A stretch of DNA of 64,000 nucleotides from Oscillospiraceae bacterium (GCA_009777475.1 WRLU01000004.1:8582-72581), one strand, 5' to 3'. Positions 25,873 to 35,637 are shown, counted from the first letter of the stretch. Notes: generated by a model not told the origin, from the letters alone. Translations and numbers: made by a program.

Positions 25873-26194
25873 GCCCCCTTAGCCGTGTGCCACGGCAATT
25901 TAGTTTTGTAATTTTTGCAGTTCTCAATGTAGAGGATGCCGTCCTCGGCATCCTGCAAACCCGCATTGCACCGTTCTGGAGCGGTAGGTTGATGGCGGCG
26001 TACCCTACAAACGGTTACGAAACTAAATCGCCGTGGCCGTGTGCTGACAAAAAACCGCAGAAACACCCTGCCGTCCTGTTGGTTTGCCCCAAAGCGGCGG
26101 GGCGATTATTAGATATTTATTTCGCCGGACACGCCAGGACCGCCGGGGGATGGGCGGCGACAGGCGATGGGGACGGGCTATGCTGCTTGTCTAA

Positions 26195-29100
26195 TTAGGC
26201 TTCCTCGGAAAATGCTCCGGAAATCATCAGCTTAATCCTGTTTAACTGATTTACTTCACTGGCTCCCGGGTCATAGTCGATAGGCACTATATTGGATTGA
26301 GGGAAAAGTTCGCGGAGCTTACGAAGCATTCCCTTGCCGGTGACATGGTTTGGCAGGCAGGCAAAGGGCTGGACACATATGATGTTAGGCACTCCGTTTT
26401 CAATAAGCTCCACCATTTCTCCGGTCAAAAGCCAGCCCTCGCCACATTGGTTGGCAACGCTTAACACCTCGCTTGCCTTTTCGGCGATCACTCCGATAGG
26501 TGCCTCAGGGATAAAACGGAGAGAGTTTTTTAGGTGCTTTTTCACTGTGTTTTCATACTGGTACACAAGCCTGATGATAAGCCCCATAATACGCGCGGTC
26601 TTTCCCGAGGTTCCCAAAATCTCGTGCTTAACAATGTCGTTCATAAAGCAGTACTGCAAAAAACCCAGCAAGCCCGGTATAACCGCTTCGCAGCCCTCCT
26701 CTTCAATTACTGTTACGGCATTGTTGTTGGCATCCGGGTGAAATTTTACTAAAATTTCACCAACCAGACCCACTCTAGGCTTACGCGGAATATCCAATAA
26801 CGGAAGCTCTTCAAAGTCAGCTATAATGCCCTGTGCCATAGCCGCGAACCTCATTGGCGCAACACCTGAAAATGATTCAGTACAGCGGTCAAGCCATATG
26901 CGGTACAGCCCATTTGCTGAGCCGGGGCTTTTTTCATATGGGCGGACACGAAGCAAAACGCTTTGCAAAAGGTCGCCGATTATTAAGCATTTTAGTGTTG
27001 CATCAATGAGAGCCGGAGTGAATTTGAATCCCGGGTTCTTCTCAATTCCCCCAACGCTTAAAGACACTATGGGAATGTGGGGCATACCCGCCTCCCTCAG
27101 GGCGCGGCGCATGAGGGCAACGTAGTTTGTGGCCCGACAGCCGCCTCCCGTCTGGGTTAGAAAAATTGAGATGTTGTCAGTGTCATATTTCCCGGAAAGC
27201 ACGGCACGCATGAGTTGCCCTATCACAACAATTGTGGGATAGCAGGCATCGTTATTGACAAATTTCAACCCTGCATCAATATCGGCGTGCTCTACCTCCT
27301 TCAAGATATTCACGCTATATCCGGCTCGCTGTAAGGCTGCCTCTACCAGTTCAAAATGCACAGGTGACATCTGAGGAGCCAAAATAGTGTGCTTCCCCTT
27401 CATTTTCTTAGTGAATTCAGCTCGTTTGTACACATAACCGTTGTGCGTTCCAATGAGTGCGTCCTTAGCCTTGCGGCTTGAGAGCGAAGCGGCCAATGAT
27501 CGCATGCGAATCCGCGCCGCCCCAAGCGATGATGTTTCATCCATCTTCAGTACAGTATAAACTTTTCCGGCTGCACTTAATATTTCTTGCACCTGATCCG
27601 TTGATATGGCATCAAGCCCGCAGCCGAAGGAATTAATTTGCACCAGCTGCAAATTAGGCTCACCGGCAACCGTGTTTGCCGCATCATAAAGCCGGGTGTG
27701 GTACATCCACTGGTCAAACACCCGCAAAGGACGTTGTGCCGGGGACAGCTCCGCGATTGAATCCTCTGTCAGAACGGCAAAACCCAGCGAGGAAATCATC
27801 CTTGGCAGTCCGTGATGTATTTCGGGGTCGATATGATACGGTCTGCCAGCTAAAACAATTCCGGTTTTGCCATTTTCCCTGAGCCATGTCAAAACCTCAC
27901 TCCCGCGTTTGGCTTGATGAGCGAAAAAAGTCCGCATTTCATCGAATCCGGCATTCAGTGCTGCCTTAATCTTAGCGCGGGGGATATTCCACCGGGATAG
28001 TGCTTCCGTCAGCGTGTCAGCCATTTTATCCCTGTGCTGCAAAGATAAAAAAGGCTTCAGGAATATAATATTATTTTGGGTTAAAATATCCATATTTGCG
28101 TGTATAACCTCGGGATATGACTGTACGATAGGGCAGTTGAAGTAATTGTTTGCTGCTTTGTTTTCCTTGCGTTCATAAACCACGCATGGGTAGAAAATTG
28201 AATCTATGCCCTGCTTCACTAAGTCGTGAATATGCCCATGAACCAGCTTGGCGGGATAGCAAATGCTTTCAGAGGGTATAGTTGACATTGCCTGCTCAAA
28301 GACCGAATGGTCGGAATGGCGGGATAACACCACCGAAAATCCCAATTCTGTGAAAAAAGTATGCCACAGTGGGTAATTTTCATAGATATTCAACGCTCTC
28401 GGCAATCCGATTTTGCCGTAAGGGGCGTTTTTTTCGTCTAGTGAAGAGTATGAAAATAGCTTTTCATATTTTTCCTCTACTAAATTAGGCAACCCGGAGT
28501 TTTCGGGCTTACCTTCCCCTTTCTCACAGCGAAAACCGCTTAACAGCCTACGCTTGCCTGAAAATTCGGAAACCGTTAGTTTACAGGCGTTAGCACAGCC
28601 TGTGCAGACAACAGTCTGCACCTTTTGAGGCAGTATGCCAGAAAGCTCCTTTTTTGCAAGCACTGCTGAGCGTGAACCCGGCCGATAATCGTCCATAGCA
28701 AGCAGGGCGGCACCATACGCACCCATCAGCCCTGCAATATCAGGGCGTATAACATGTCTCCCGGCGACAAGCTCAAACGCCCTTAATATGGCATTATTCA
28801 AAAACGTACCACCCTGAACCAATACTGTTTTACCCATTTGCTCCGGGCTTTGAAGCTTTATTACCTTGAAGAGCGAATTGCGTACCACCGAATAACTCAA
28901 CCCGCAGGAAATATCGCCTACCCCCGCACCTTCCTTTTGAGCCTGTTTAACCCTGGAGTTCATAAAGACGGTACAGCGGGTGCCTAAATCCACCGGATGC
29001 TCAGATTCCAGAGCCTTTTGGGCGAAACTGTCGGTAGAGAGTCCTAATGTTTCGGCAAACGAGCTGATAAATGACCCGCAGCCGGAGGAGCAGGCTTCAT

Positions 29101-30430
29101 TGAGCAATACAGAATCCAAGATCCCGTCTTTAATTTTCATACATTTCATGTCCTGACCGCCAATATCGAGAATAAAGTCAACCTCGGGCGCGAACTCCTG
29201 AGCCGCACGAGTATGGCATACTGTTTCAATTTCACCCCTGTCGGCTGTAATTGCTGTTTTCAAAAGCTGCTCGCCGTATCCGGTAACGGTAACTCCGCCT
29301 ATAAACGCTTTTTCCGGCAAAGTTTTGTAGATTTCATCCAAGACTTCCTGGACACGCGGAAGGGGTGCACCCTCATTGTGTGAGTAGTATGTATGCAAAA
29401 GACTGCCGTCAGCATCTGTAAGCACCGATTTAATTGTTGTGGAGCCGGCATCTATTCCTAAAAAGCAAGCCCCATCAGCTTGGCTGATTTCAGCGCGCCT
29501 TGCCTTAGCTCCGGCGTGACGAGTCTCAAAATCCTCAAGCTGATGACGATTTTGAAAAAGAGGCTCCAGCCTGGGTATGTCCCGGCTTACCCTCCATAAT
29601 TTCTCCGATAACCCGGAGAGACTTTCAAGTGGGGTATAATCTCCTTTTGCGTTCATAGCCGCGCCTAATGCCACGAAAACCTCGGCATGAGCCGGAGTGA
29701 CAAAATTGGAGACATTTTCACCCAATGTCCGCTCAAAGGCGGCCCGGAGCTCCGACATATAGGTGAGCGGCCCGCCGAGGAATACAACCGTTCCGGCAAT
29801 AGGTTGGCCGCAAGCCAGCCCGGCAATGGTCTGATTGACCACAGCCTGCAATATGCTTGCGGCTAAATCTTCGTGCTTTACACCCTCGTTGAGCAACGGC
29901 TGTATATCGCTTTTGGCAAAAACACCGCAACGCGATGCTATGGTATGAAGTGTTTTGTAATTTTTGGCAAGAAGGTTCAATCCTGCCGCATCAGTTTGTA
30001 AAAGTGTTGCCATCTGGTCTATGAATGCACCGGTGCCTCCGGCACAGGTGCCGTTCATACGCTGACTGACCACCGGCTTCATAAAGGTGATTTTTGCATC
30101 CTCACCGCCCAATTCGATAATAACATCGGCATCCGGCTGGTGGGTACGAACAGCACAAGCTCCGGCAACCACTTCTTGCACAAAACCGAGCTCCAGGGCC
30201 TCTGCCACACCAAGGCCTGCCGAACCGGTCAAGCAAATCTGAGCCTTGACATCTCTTAGGTCCCTTACAAGCTCGGAAAAAAGAACCGAAATTTCCCCGC
30301 GCACATCCGAACAGTGGCGGCGGTAGCAACTGTAACAAATTTCATTGTTTTCATCTAGCAGAGCGGCTTTTATAGTGGTACTGCCAATATCAATCCCCAG
30401 CCGGTACCCCTGTGCATTATGCGTTTCCAT
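26195..30430 (-). CDS. acyl-CoA dehydratase activase-related fusion protein (2 x BcrAD/BadFG ATPase domains plus large dehydratase-like/DUF2229-type C-terminal region)
   Basis: Two actin-fold ATPase starts (LGIDIGSTTIKAAL and LGIDAGSTTIKSVL), a Cys cluster CTGCANAC, and then about 800 aa of the conserved activase-associated region. Confidence 0.8.
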   Translation of the reverse strand: METHNAQGYRLGIDIGSTTIKAALLDENNEICYSCYRRHCSDVRGEISVLFSELVRDLRDVKAQICLTGSAGLGVAEALELGFVQEVVAGACAVRTHQPDADVIIELGGEDAKITFMKPVVSQRMNGTCAGGTGAFIDQMATLLQTDAAGLNLLAKNYKTLHTIASRCGVFAKSDIQPLLNEGVKHEDLAASILQAVVNQTIAGLACGQPIAGTVVFLGGPLTYMSELRAAFERTLGENVSNFVTPAHAEVFVALGAAMNAKGDYTPLESLSGLSEKLWRVSRDIPRLEPLFQNRHQLEDFETRHAGAKARRAEISQADGACFLGIDAGSTTIKSVLTDADGSLLHTYYSHNEGAPLPRVQEVLDEIYKTLPEKAFIGGVTVTGYGEQLLKTAITADRGEIETVCHTRAAQEFAPEVDFILDIGGQDMKCMKIKDGILDSVLLNEACSSGCGSFISSFAETLGLSTDSFAQKALESEHPVDLGTRCTVFMNSRVKQAQKEGAGVGDISCGLSYSVVRNSLFKVIKLQSPEQMGKTVLVQGGTFLNNAILRAFELVAGRHVIRPDIAGLMGAYGAALLAMDDYRPGSRSAVLAKKELSGILPQKVQTVVCTGCANACKLTVSEFSGKRRLLSGFRCEKGEGKPENSGLPNLVEEKYEKLFSYSSLDEKNAPYGKIGLPRALNIYENYPLWHTFFTELGFSVVLSRHSDHSVFEQAMSTIPSESICYPAKLVHGHIHDLVKQGIDSIFYPCVVYERKENKAANNYFNCPIVQSYPEVIHANMDILTQNNIIFLKPFLSLQHRDKMADTLTEALSRWNIPRAKIKAALNAGFDEMRTFFAHQAKRGSEVLTWLRENGKTGIVLAGRPYHIDPEIHHGLPRMISSLGFAVLTEDSIAELSPAQRPLRVFDQWMYHTRLYDAANTVAGEPNLQLVQINSFGCGLDAISTDQVQEILSAAGKVYTVLKMDETSSLGAARIRMRSLAASLSSRKAKDALIGTHNGYVYKRAEFTKKMKGKHTILAPQMSPVHFELVEAALQRAGYSVNILKEVEHADIDAGLKFVNNDACYPTIVVIGQLMRAVLSGKYDTDNISIFLTQTGGGCRATNYVALMRRALREAGMPHIPIVSLSVGGIEKNPGFKFTPALIDATLKCLIIGDLLQSVLLRVRPYEKSPGSANGLYRIWLDRCTESFSGVAPMRFAAMAQGIIADFEELPLLDIPRKPRVGLVGEILVKFHPDANNNAVTVIEEEGCEAVIPGLLGFLQYCFMNDIVKHEILGTSGKTARIMGLIIRLVYQYENTVKKHLKNSLRFIPEAPIGVIAEKASEVLSVANQCGEGWLLTGEMVELIENGVPNIICVQPFACLPNHVTGKGMLRKLRELFPQSNIVPIDYDPGASEVNQLNRIKLMISGAFSEEA

Positions 30431-30568
30431 ATACCCGACCCTTTCTATAATCCCACACCCGCCATTATGTCACAAAGCCGGCCAATATGCAATTATAAAA
30501 ATGTGGAAAATATTACAGGGGTCGGGCAGAGCCTATATAGGAAAATTTATACCCACGTATTTTTTGCC

Positions 30569-30597
30569 TCATAACCATTGCAGGACAAGCATAGAAT
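30569..30597 (+). promoter_or_regulatory. SigE-type sporulation promoter candidate for spoIIIA
   Basis: TCATAAC (30569-30575), 14-nt spacer, CATAGAAT (30590-30597). Compare the SigE consensus kmATAww-14-CATAcanT. B. subtilis spoIIIA is SigE-dependent. Confidence 0.4.
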
Positions 30598-30672
30598 GTT
30601 GACAAGAGGGAGGTAGTTAAGCTGGAAAAAACGGAAGGAAAACAAGACAAGCTAATACAGGCAAGCTGCTAT

Positions 30673-31542
30673 TTGCCTGATGTGTACAGCGATGCAATCG
30701 GCAGACTTTCAGATGATATACGGCTTTTAGCAGAGGAAATCAGGTTGCGGGCGGGGCAGTTTTTATCAATCGCACACCAAGGCGGGGAGGAGGAGCTTTT
30801 TACGCATTTACGCCCTGTGACGGCACATGATCTGACCCTAACCATGGAAAACGCGACAAAGGGGAGCTTACACAGTGCGATAGAGTCTATCCAGAGAGGG
30901 TTTGTTACCATTGAAGGCGGGCATCGGCTGGCTATTTGCGGGCGGGCATTGCTGAAGGATGGCGTACTTTCCCATGTGAGGGATATTTCCTCGGTTTGCA
31001 TACGCATAGCACGTGAAAAAAAGGGAGTCGCACGGTCTGTCCTGCCAAAGCTGATTGAGGGAGGACGGATACAAGGTACACTGATTTTGTCTCCGCCGGG
31101 AGTTGGGAAAACTACCTTGCTAAGAGATATTATTCGTATGCTGTCGTGTGGCGAGGCTGTTGCTCCCCACAGAGTTTCGGTCGCGGATGAAAGGGGGGAG
31201 CTGGCAGGGTGCTTGGGCGGCATACCTCAGATGGATGTAGGCCCCCGCACCGATGTCTGGTCGGGGATGCCCAAGTCAGAAGCGGCGGTTATGATGTTGC
31301 GCGGTTGCTCCCCGCAAGTGCTGGCATTAGATGAGATTACCGCACCGCAGGATGCGGCGGCGGCCCAAATGTCATTCGGGTGCGGAGCGGCTGTGCTTGC
31401 CACCGCCCACGCCAGGTGCGTTGAGGATTTGCGCCGCCGTCCGCTGTACCGTTCGTTACCCGGGATTTTCACGCGGGCGGCTGTGATTTCATTGGAGAAT
31501 GGGAAGAGAAAATATGGGGTATCAAATTTTGAAGGAGGTTGA
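30673..31542 (+). CDS. spoIIIAA: stage III sporulation protein AA (AAA-type ATPase)
   Basis: EEIRLRAGQ motif and Walker A SPPGVGKTT. First gene of an AA-AH series. The start is uncertain. The TTG at 30673 has no RBS, while a strong GAGGGAGG (30606-30613) sits 8 nt before an in-frame CTG at 30622. Confidence 0.85.
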   Translation: MPDVYSDAIGRLSDDIRLLAEEIRLRAGQFLSIAHQGGEEELFTHLRPVTAHDLTLTMENATKGSLHSAIESIQRGFVTIEGGHRLAICGRALLKDGVLSHVRDISSVCIRIAREKKGVARSVLPKLIEGGRIQGTLILSPPGVGKTTLLRDIIRMLSCGEAVAPHRVSVADERGELAGCLGGIPQMDVGPRTDVWSGMPKSEAAVMMLRGCSPQVLALDEITAPQDAAAAQMSFGCGAAVLATAHARCVEDLRRRPLYRSLPGIFTRAAVISLENGKRKYGVSNFEGG

Positions 31543-31547
31543 CTACT

Positions 31548-32048
31548 GTGATCCAAACAGTGATAGGCGGATTGTGCTTGGCAGGCGGCTGTGCCGGGTT
31601 AGGCTGGGCGGTATTTGTGCATCTGGAGTCACGGGTGCGATTGCTTACCGCTTTTGTTGAGCTGTGCGACAGATTGAGCGGGGAGCTTGGTTTTAGGCAA
31701 ACCCCTTTGCCCGAGCTGGGGAAACGCCTGGGCAATCCGGTGCTACGAAGATTTTGGGGATTTATAGAGGACAAGCTGGGGCCGTGCGGCGGTAAAACCT
31801 ATTCCGAGGCATGGAAAATGGCATCATCGGAGCTTGACCTTGACAGCATTGACAAGTCATTAATTTCCGAGATAGGCGATATTTTGGGCCAATATGATGC
31901 GGAAAGCCAAATTAAGGCCCTAAAGGTACTTCGCGGACAGTTGAATATTTCACTCAATCAAGCACGTGAAAAAAGAGAAAATCAGGGAAAAATGGCGGGG
32001 ATGCTCGGGGTATTGTGCGGGGTACTTTTAGTGATTATTTTACTGTAA
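31548..32048 (+). CDS. spoIIIAB: stage III sporulation protein AB
   Basis: Position and size match. N-terminal TM helix. GTG at 31548 lies 9 nt after GGAGG. The ORF-track TTG at 31539 abuts the RBS. Confidence 0.8.
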   Translation: MIQTVIGGLCLAGGCAGLGWAVFVHLESRVRLLTAFVELCDRLSGELGFRQTPLPELGKRLGNPVLRRFWGFIEDKLGPCGGKTYSEAWKMASSELDLDSIDKSLISEIGDILGQYDAESQIKALKVLRGQLNISLNQAREKRENQGKMAGMLGVLCGVLLVIILL

Positions 32049-32063
32049 GGGGAGGTTTGGGGT

Positions 32064-32258
32064 ATGCAGGTAGATTTAATTTTCAAAATTGCGGCAATTG
32101 GTATTTTGGTGGCGGTACTCAATCAGCTCCTCATACGCTCAGGAAGAGAGGAGCAGGCAATGATGACCGTTTTAGCCGGGCTGATAGTTGTGCTTATGAT
32201 TATATTACAGGAGGTCAACAACCTATTTACTATGGTAAAAACCTTGTTCGGGTTTTGA
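32064..32258 (+). CDS. spoIIIAC: stage III sporulation protein AC
   Basis: 64-aa two-TM protein, IFKIAAIGILVAVLNQLL..GREEQA is typical of SpoIIIAC. Confidence 0.9.
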   Translation: MQVDLIFKIAAIGILVAVLNQLLIRSGREEQAMMTVLAGLIVVLMIILQEVNNLFTMVKTLFGF

Positions 32259-32277
32259 AAAAAGGGGGTGCGGCAGT

Positions 32278-32664
32278 ATGGACGTTTTGTTCAAGGCGGC
32301 TGGCTTAGCCATTGCCGGGTTGGCATTAACTGTTTTACTTAAAAAGGAAACGCCCGAGTTGGGGATGCTGCTGGCGTTGTTTGTTTCCTGTGCCGTTTTG
32401 ATGCTGTGCTTTGATTTGCTCAGGGATGTTCTTGGTTTCATGCTGGATATGATTGACCTTGCCGGGCTGCCGGACGATACGGTTACACCGGTTATCAAAA
32501 CCTCCTGTGTTGCAATTGTGACTAAAATTACTGCCGATATTTGCAGAGATGCCAAGGAAACCGGAATTGCCACAGGAATAGAAACAGCCGGTGCTGTGGT
32601 AGGGCTGTATGTGGTTCTTCCGCTCTTCCAAAGCCTGCTGGATATGATGAAGTCATTGCTTTGA
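32278..32664 (+). CDS. spoIIIAD: stage III sporulation protein AD
   Basis: 128-aa four-TM protein with the ..VTKITADICRDAKE.. SpoIIIAD signature. Confidence 0.9.
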   Translation: MDVLFKAAGLAIAGLALTVLLKKETPELGMLLALFVSCAVLMLCFDLLRDVLGFMLDMIDLAGLPDDTVTPVIKTSCVAIVTKITADICRDAKETGIATGIETAGAVVGLYVVLPLFQSLLDMMKSLL

Positions 32665-32675
32665 GGTGCAGTATT

Positions 32676-33758
32676 ATGAAAAGGTATATATTCTTAATAT
32701 TCATGTGTGCTTTATGCATGTCTCTCTGTCGGTCATACGCCTCCGAGAGCGAGGTTCTGTTTGATACCGATGAAATAGAAAGGTCTGTGCCGCGGGAAGC
32801 ACAGGAAGCTGTTGAGGGAGTACAGCCACGGAATCCCAAGGAGGCTCTCGGGCGGGGGCTGGGAAATCTTTTACGGTTGGCCTCAGCCCTTTCCGGTACG
32901 GCACTAGGAGAGGGAATAAAAATTGCGGCGGCAATTGCCTTGATTGCGGCACTGTATGGTGCCGCCGTCAGCTTGCTCCGTGATACAAACCCACAATATA
33001 TTAAAATTGCCGCAGTGCTGGCTATTGCCGCATTGAGCGTAACCGGAACGCAAAGCTTCATAGTTCAGGCAAGGGATGTTTTGGGGCAGTTTGAGGTCTA
33101 TTCAAAAACACTGCTTGCCGGATTAGCGGTTGTTACTGCGGCGGCTGGAGAGCCGGCTCAAGCAACAGTCAAGCAGGCGGTCACTATTTTTGCTGTGAAC
33201 ATGTGGATTACCATGTATGACAGATTGCTGATACCGCTTTTTTACATCTATGCTGCACTTGTTACTCTAAACGCGGCACTTACACGAGATATTCTAAAGC
33301 GTTTGGCAGGCCTGATTAAATGGCTCGTTGGCGGGATATTGAGCCTAAGCCTTATTGCTTTTACCGCCTACCTTTCAATCAGCGGGGCAATAGCAGGAAA
33401 GAGCGATGAGCTTGCCCTCAGGGCTGCCCGCGCTGCTCTGTCCGGGGGGGTGCCTGTTGTAGGAAGCATTATTTCAGATGCTTCAGAAACCGTTTTAGCG
33501 GGTGCGGGTGTTATCAAAACCGGGTTGGGGGTATTCGGTTTGATTGCCGTGCTAGGAATTGCCGCGGGTCCAGTGATTTCCTTGGGCGTGAGATATATTA
33601 TCTTCAAGCTTGGTGCGGCATTGGCGGGAACGGTAGGGGACGATGCCGTGGCCGGATATGTTGACGACTTGGCAGGGCTGTATGCCCTATTGCTTGCAGT
33701 TGTGGCATCAAGCGCATTCTTACTGTTAATATCCGTTGCATCCTGTATAATGCGATAG
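32676..33758 (+). CDS. spoIIIAE: stage III sporulation protein AE
   Basis: ATG at 32676 (MKRYIFLIF...) gives a signal sequence plus a polytopic permease-like protein. The ORF-track start at 32541 overlaps spoIIIAD. Confidence 0.85.
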   Translation: MKRYIFLIFMCALCMSLCRSYASESEVLFDTDEIERSVPREAQEAVEGVQPRNPKEALGRGLGNLLRLASALSGTALGEGIKIAAAIALIAALYGAAVSLLRDTNPQYIKIAAVLAIAALSVTGTQSFIVQARDVLGQFEVYSKTLLAGLAVVTAAAGEPAQATVKQAVTIFAVNMWITMYDRLLIPLFYIYAALVTLNAALTRDILKRLAGLIKWLVGGILSLSLIAFTAYLSISGAIAGKSDELALRAARAALSGGVPVVGSIISDASETVLAGAGVIKTGLGVFGLIAVLGIAAGPVISLGVRYIIFKLGAALAGTVGDDAVAGYVDDLAGLYALLLAVVASSAFLLLISVASCIMR

Positions 33759-33770
33759 GGGGGTGGTGGC

Positions 33771-34241
33771 GTGATAGATTTTTTCAGCAACTGGATTATG
33801 GGGATTGCGGGGGCATCAATTTTGGGAGCCCTGACTCTGGCTGCCTGCCCTAAGGGTCCGGTATATAAGGTTTTGCAGTTAGGCATCGCTCTTTTGCTAT
33901 CATTGGCGGTATTGCGTCCGTTAGCAAATGTTGAAAATTTCAATATTCCTAGTATTGTGGACGAGTACGCTGAACAGGAGGTAAAAAAAATCGGACAGGA
34001 TTTACTGGAGTCTATCATAGCCGAAAGAGCTGAAGCATATATTGTGAGCGAGGCAAGTGCTAAGGGGCTTGCGGTTAAGGCCTCAATTGTTTGCAGGCAG
34101 GGGGAATATTACCCGGAGCCTTACCAAGCCTTCGTTTGGTGTGCCAGACCGGTGTCTGCAAAAAATGTTTTAGCAAGCACCATAGAGCAAGGACTGGGGA
34201 TACCCCATTCGCGGCAGAAATACCTTGAGACAGGAGGATGA
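33771..34241 (+). CDS. spoIIIAF: stage III sporulation protein AF
   Basis: GTG start after GGGGGGTGG. Two N-terminal TM helices plus a ring-building-motif-sized soluble domain. Position in the operon fits. Confidence 0.8.
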   Translation: MIDFFSNWIMGIAGASILGALTLAACPKGPVYKVLQLGIALLLSLAVLRPLANVENFNIPSIVDEYAEQEVKKIGQDLLESIIAERAEAYIVSEASAKGLAVKASIVCRQGEYYPEPYQAFVWCARPVSAKNVLASTIEQGLGIPHSRQKYLETGG

Positions 34242-34245
34242 CATT

Positions 34246-34827
34246 ATGAAAATACCGCCGATTGCAGATATACGGAGGATCAGCAAGGCAATGGCCAGGC
34301 ACAAGTATTTGTTAGTGATTGCCGTTGCCGGGTTAATTTTGCTCTCTTGGCCTAAAGGTCAAAGCCAGGCGAAAAAAGAGATTGAACACGGCACCGAAGG
34401 GTATGCAGGGTTTTCAATTGAGGAAACTGAGGAAAAAATGGCACAGGCACTATCTCAAATAGAGGGGGCGGGGAGGGTTTGTGTTATGCTTACCCTGAAG
34501 AGCGATATGGAGATTGTATTTCAACAGGATTTGGACAAAAAAACAAACTCCGGCCATAGCGGGCAAGAAGCCGTTGCAACTCAGGAGGAGAGCAAGCGCA
34601 AAACTGTTTTGACAAATTCATCCGAGCCGTTGGTTCAGAAAAAGCTGTATCCCATATATCAGGGCGTTTTAGTTATATGCGATGGTGCGGAAAATGCCGC
34701 GGTACAGCTTGCCGTCAAGGAGGCGGTTTCGGCCCTGACCGGTCTCTCCGGGAGAGCTGTTAACGTAAACAGGATGGCACGGGGTGATTTGGATAAAGAG
34801 GGGAGGCGCAAATTACATCCAAAGTAA
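34246..34827 (+). CDS. spoIIIAG: stage III sporulation protein AG
   Basis: ATG at 34246 after CAGGAGGA. N-terminal TM helix. C-terminal ...YPIYQGVLVICDGAENAAVQLAVKEAVSALTG... is typical of SpoIIIAG. Confidence 0.85.
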   Translation: MKIPPIADIRRISKAMARHKYLLVIAVAGLILLSWPKGQSQAKKEIEHGTEGYAGFSIEETEEKMAQALSQIEGAGRVCVMLTLKSDMEIVFQQDLDKKTNSGHSGQEAVATQEESKRKTVLTNSSEPLVQKKLYPIYQGVLVICDGAENAAVQLAVKEAVSALTGLSGRAVNVNRMARGDLDKEGRRKLHPK

Positions 34828-34885
34828 AAACATTACGCCAATCTATAATTTTGAAAGGCTTTATGCCGGAAAGGGATGATTAGCA

Positions 34886-35464
34886 ATGAGAATTTGGAAA
34901 AGAAACGCGGTGGTAAGCGCGATTGTTCTGTTTGTATGCTTGGCTCTGTATTTAAGCTGGGCATACGGAAGGGTTCCGGGGGAGGATGAACTTGATGTAT
35001 TTGAACCCGGGGCAAGACCCTCAGGACAGTCGGAATTATCAACAGGTGAGCCGGCGGCGGATACAAACAATCCTCAGGCAAACAATTCCTCGCCTTCGCC
35101 AGAAAGCAAGCCCTACTTCAATCAAGCACGGCTTTCACGGAGAAACGCCCGGGACGATGCCCTATCTATTTTAAGCGATGCAGCCGCAAATGAGGAAGCC
35201 TCACAAGAAATTAGGGATAACGCAAGCAAGGAAATTTCCAAATTGGCTCAAAACGCCGTATCTGAGGCAAACATTGAAAATCTAGTTGTTGCCAAAGGTT
35301 ACGAGGAATGTGTGGCTTTTATTAACCAGGATGGGGTTAAAATAGTCGTCACGGAGCCTGAGGGTGGCATGACCGATGTTGATGCCAATATTATCGCCGA
35401 TATTGTTATAAATGAACACAGCGTTATGGCAGAAAATATAAATGTTGTGCCTGTATCTGTCTGA
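34886..35464 (+). CDS. spoIIIAH: stage III sporulation protein AH
   Basis: N-terminal TM helix, low-complexity linker, and a C-terminal YscJ/FliF-like domain (ENLVVAKGYEECVAFINQDGVKIVV). Confidence 0.85.
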   Translation: MRIWKRNAVVSAIVLFVCLALYLSWAYGRVPGEDELDVFEPGARPSGQSELSTGEPAADTNNPQANNSSPSPESKPYFNQARLSRRNARDDALSILSDAAANEEASQEIRDNASKEISKLAQNAVSEANIENLVVAKGYEECVAFINQDGVKIVVTEPEGGMTDVDANIIADIVINEHSVMAENINVVPVSV

Positions 35465-35569
35465 ACAAATTTTTGAAAATCACAAGAAATCGCAATAAAG
35501 GGAGAATGAGGGCAAAAAACAGAGAACGCAAGAGAAAAAACGGAAATCCTCGATTATACCCACTATAAT

Positions 35570-35611
35570 CGTCCCTGTCATACTTGACAGGGACGGTATG
35601 TCTTTGTTGTT
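35570..35611 (+). terminator. intrinsic terminator after the spoIIIA operon
   Basis: Perfect 11-bp stem CGTCCCTGTCA/tact/TGACAGGGACG followed by a T-rich tail (gtatgtctttgttgtt). Confidence 0.65.
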
Positions 35612-35637
35612 GATAGAAATAAATATAGGTGATAATT

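Noticed and set aside
25869-26198. ORFs of 65 aa (-) and 103 aa (+) in the activase/kinase spacer
   Set aside because: No RBS. The translations are Arg/Pro/Gly-rich, reflecting the GC-rich tract. They overlap each other on opposite strands, and no family is recognisable.
30669-34018. Long minus-strand ORFs antisense to spoIIIAA (30669..31223, 31227..31556), spoIIIAE (33368..34018) and others
   Set aside because: They lie opposite well-supported sporulation genes. The translations are Ser/Pro/Ala/Arg-rich and typical of antisense frames in moderately GC-rich DNA.
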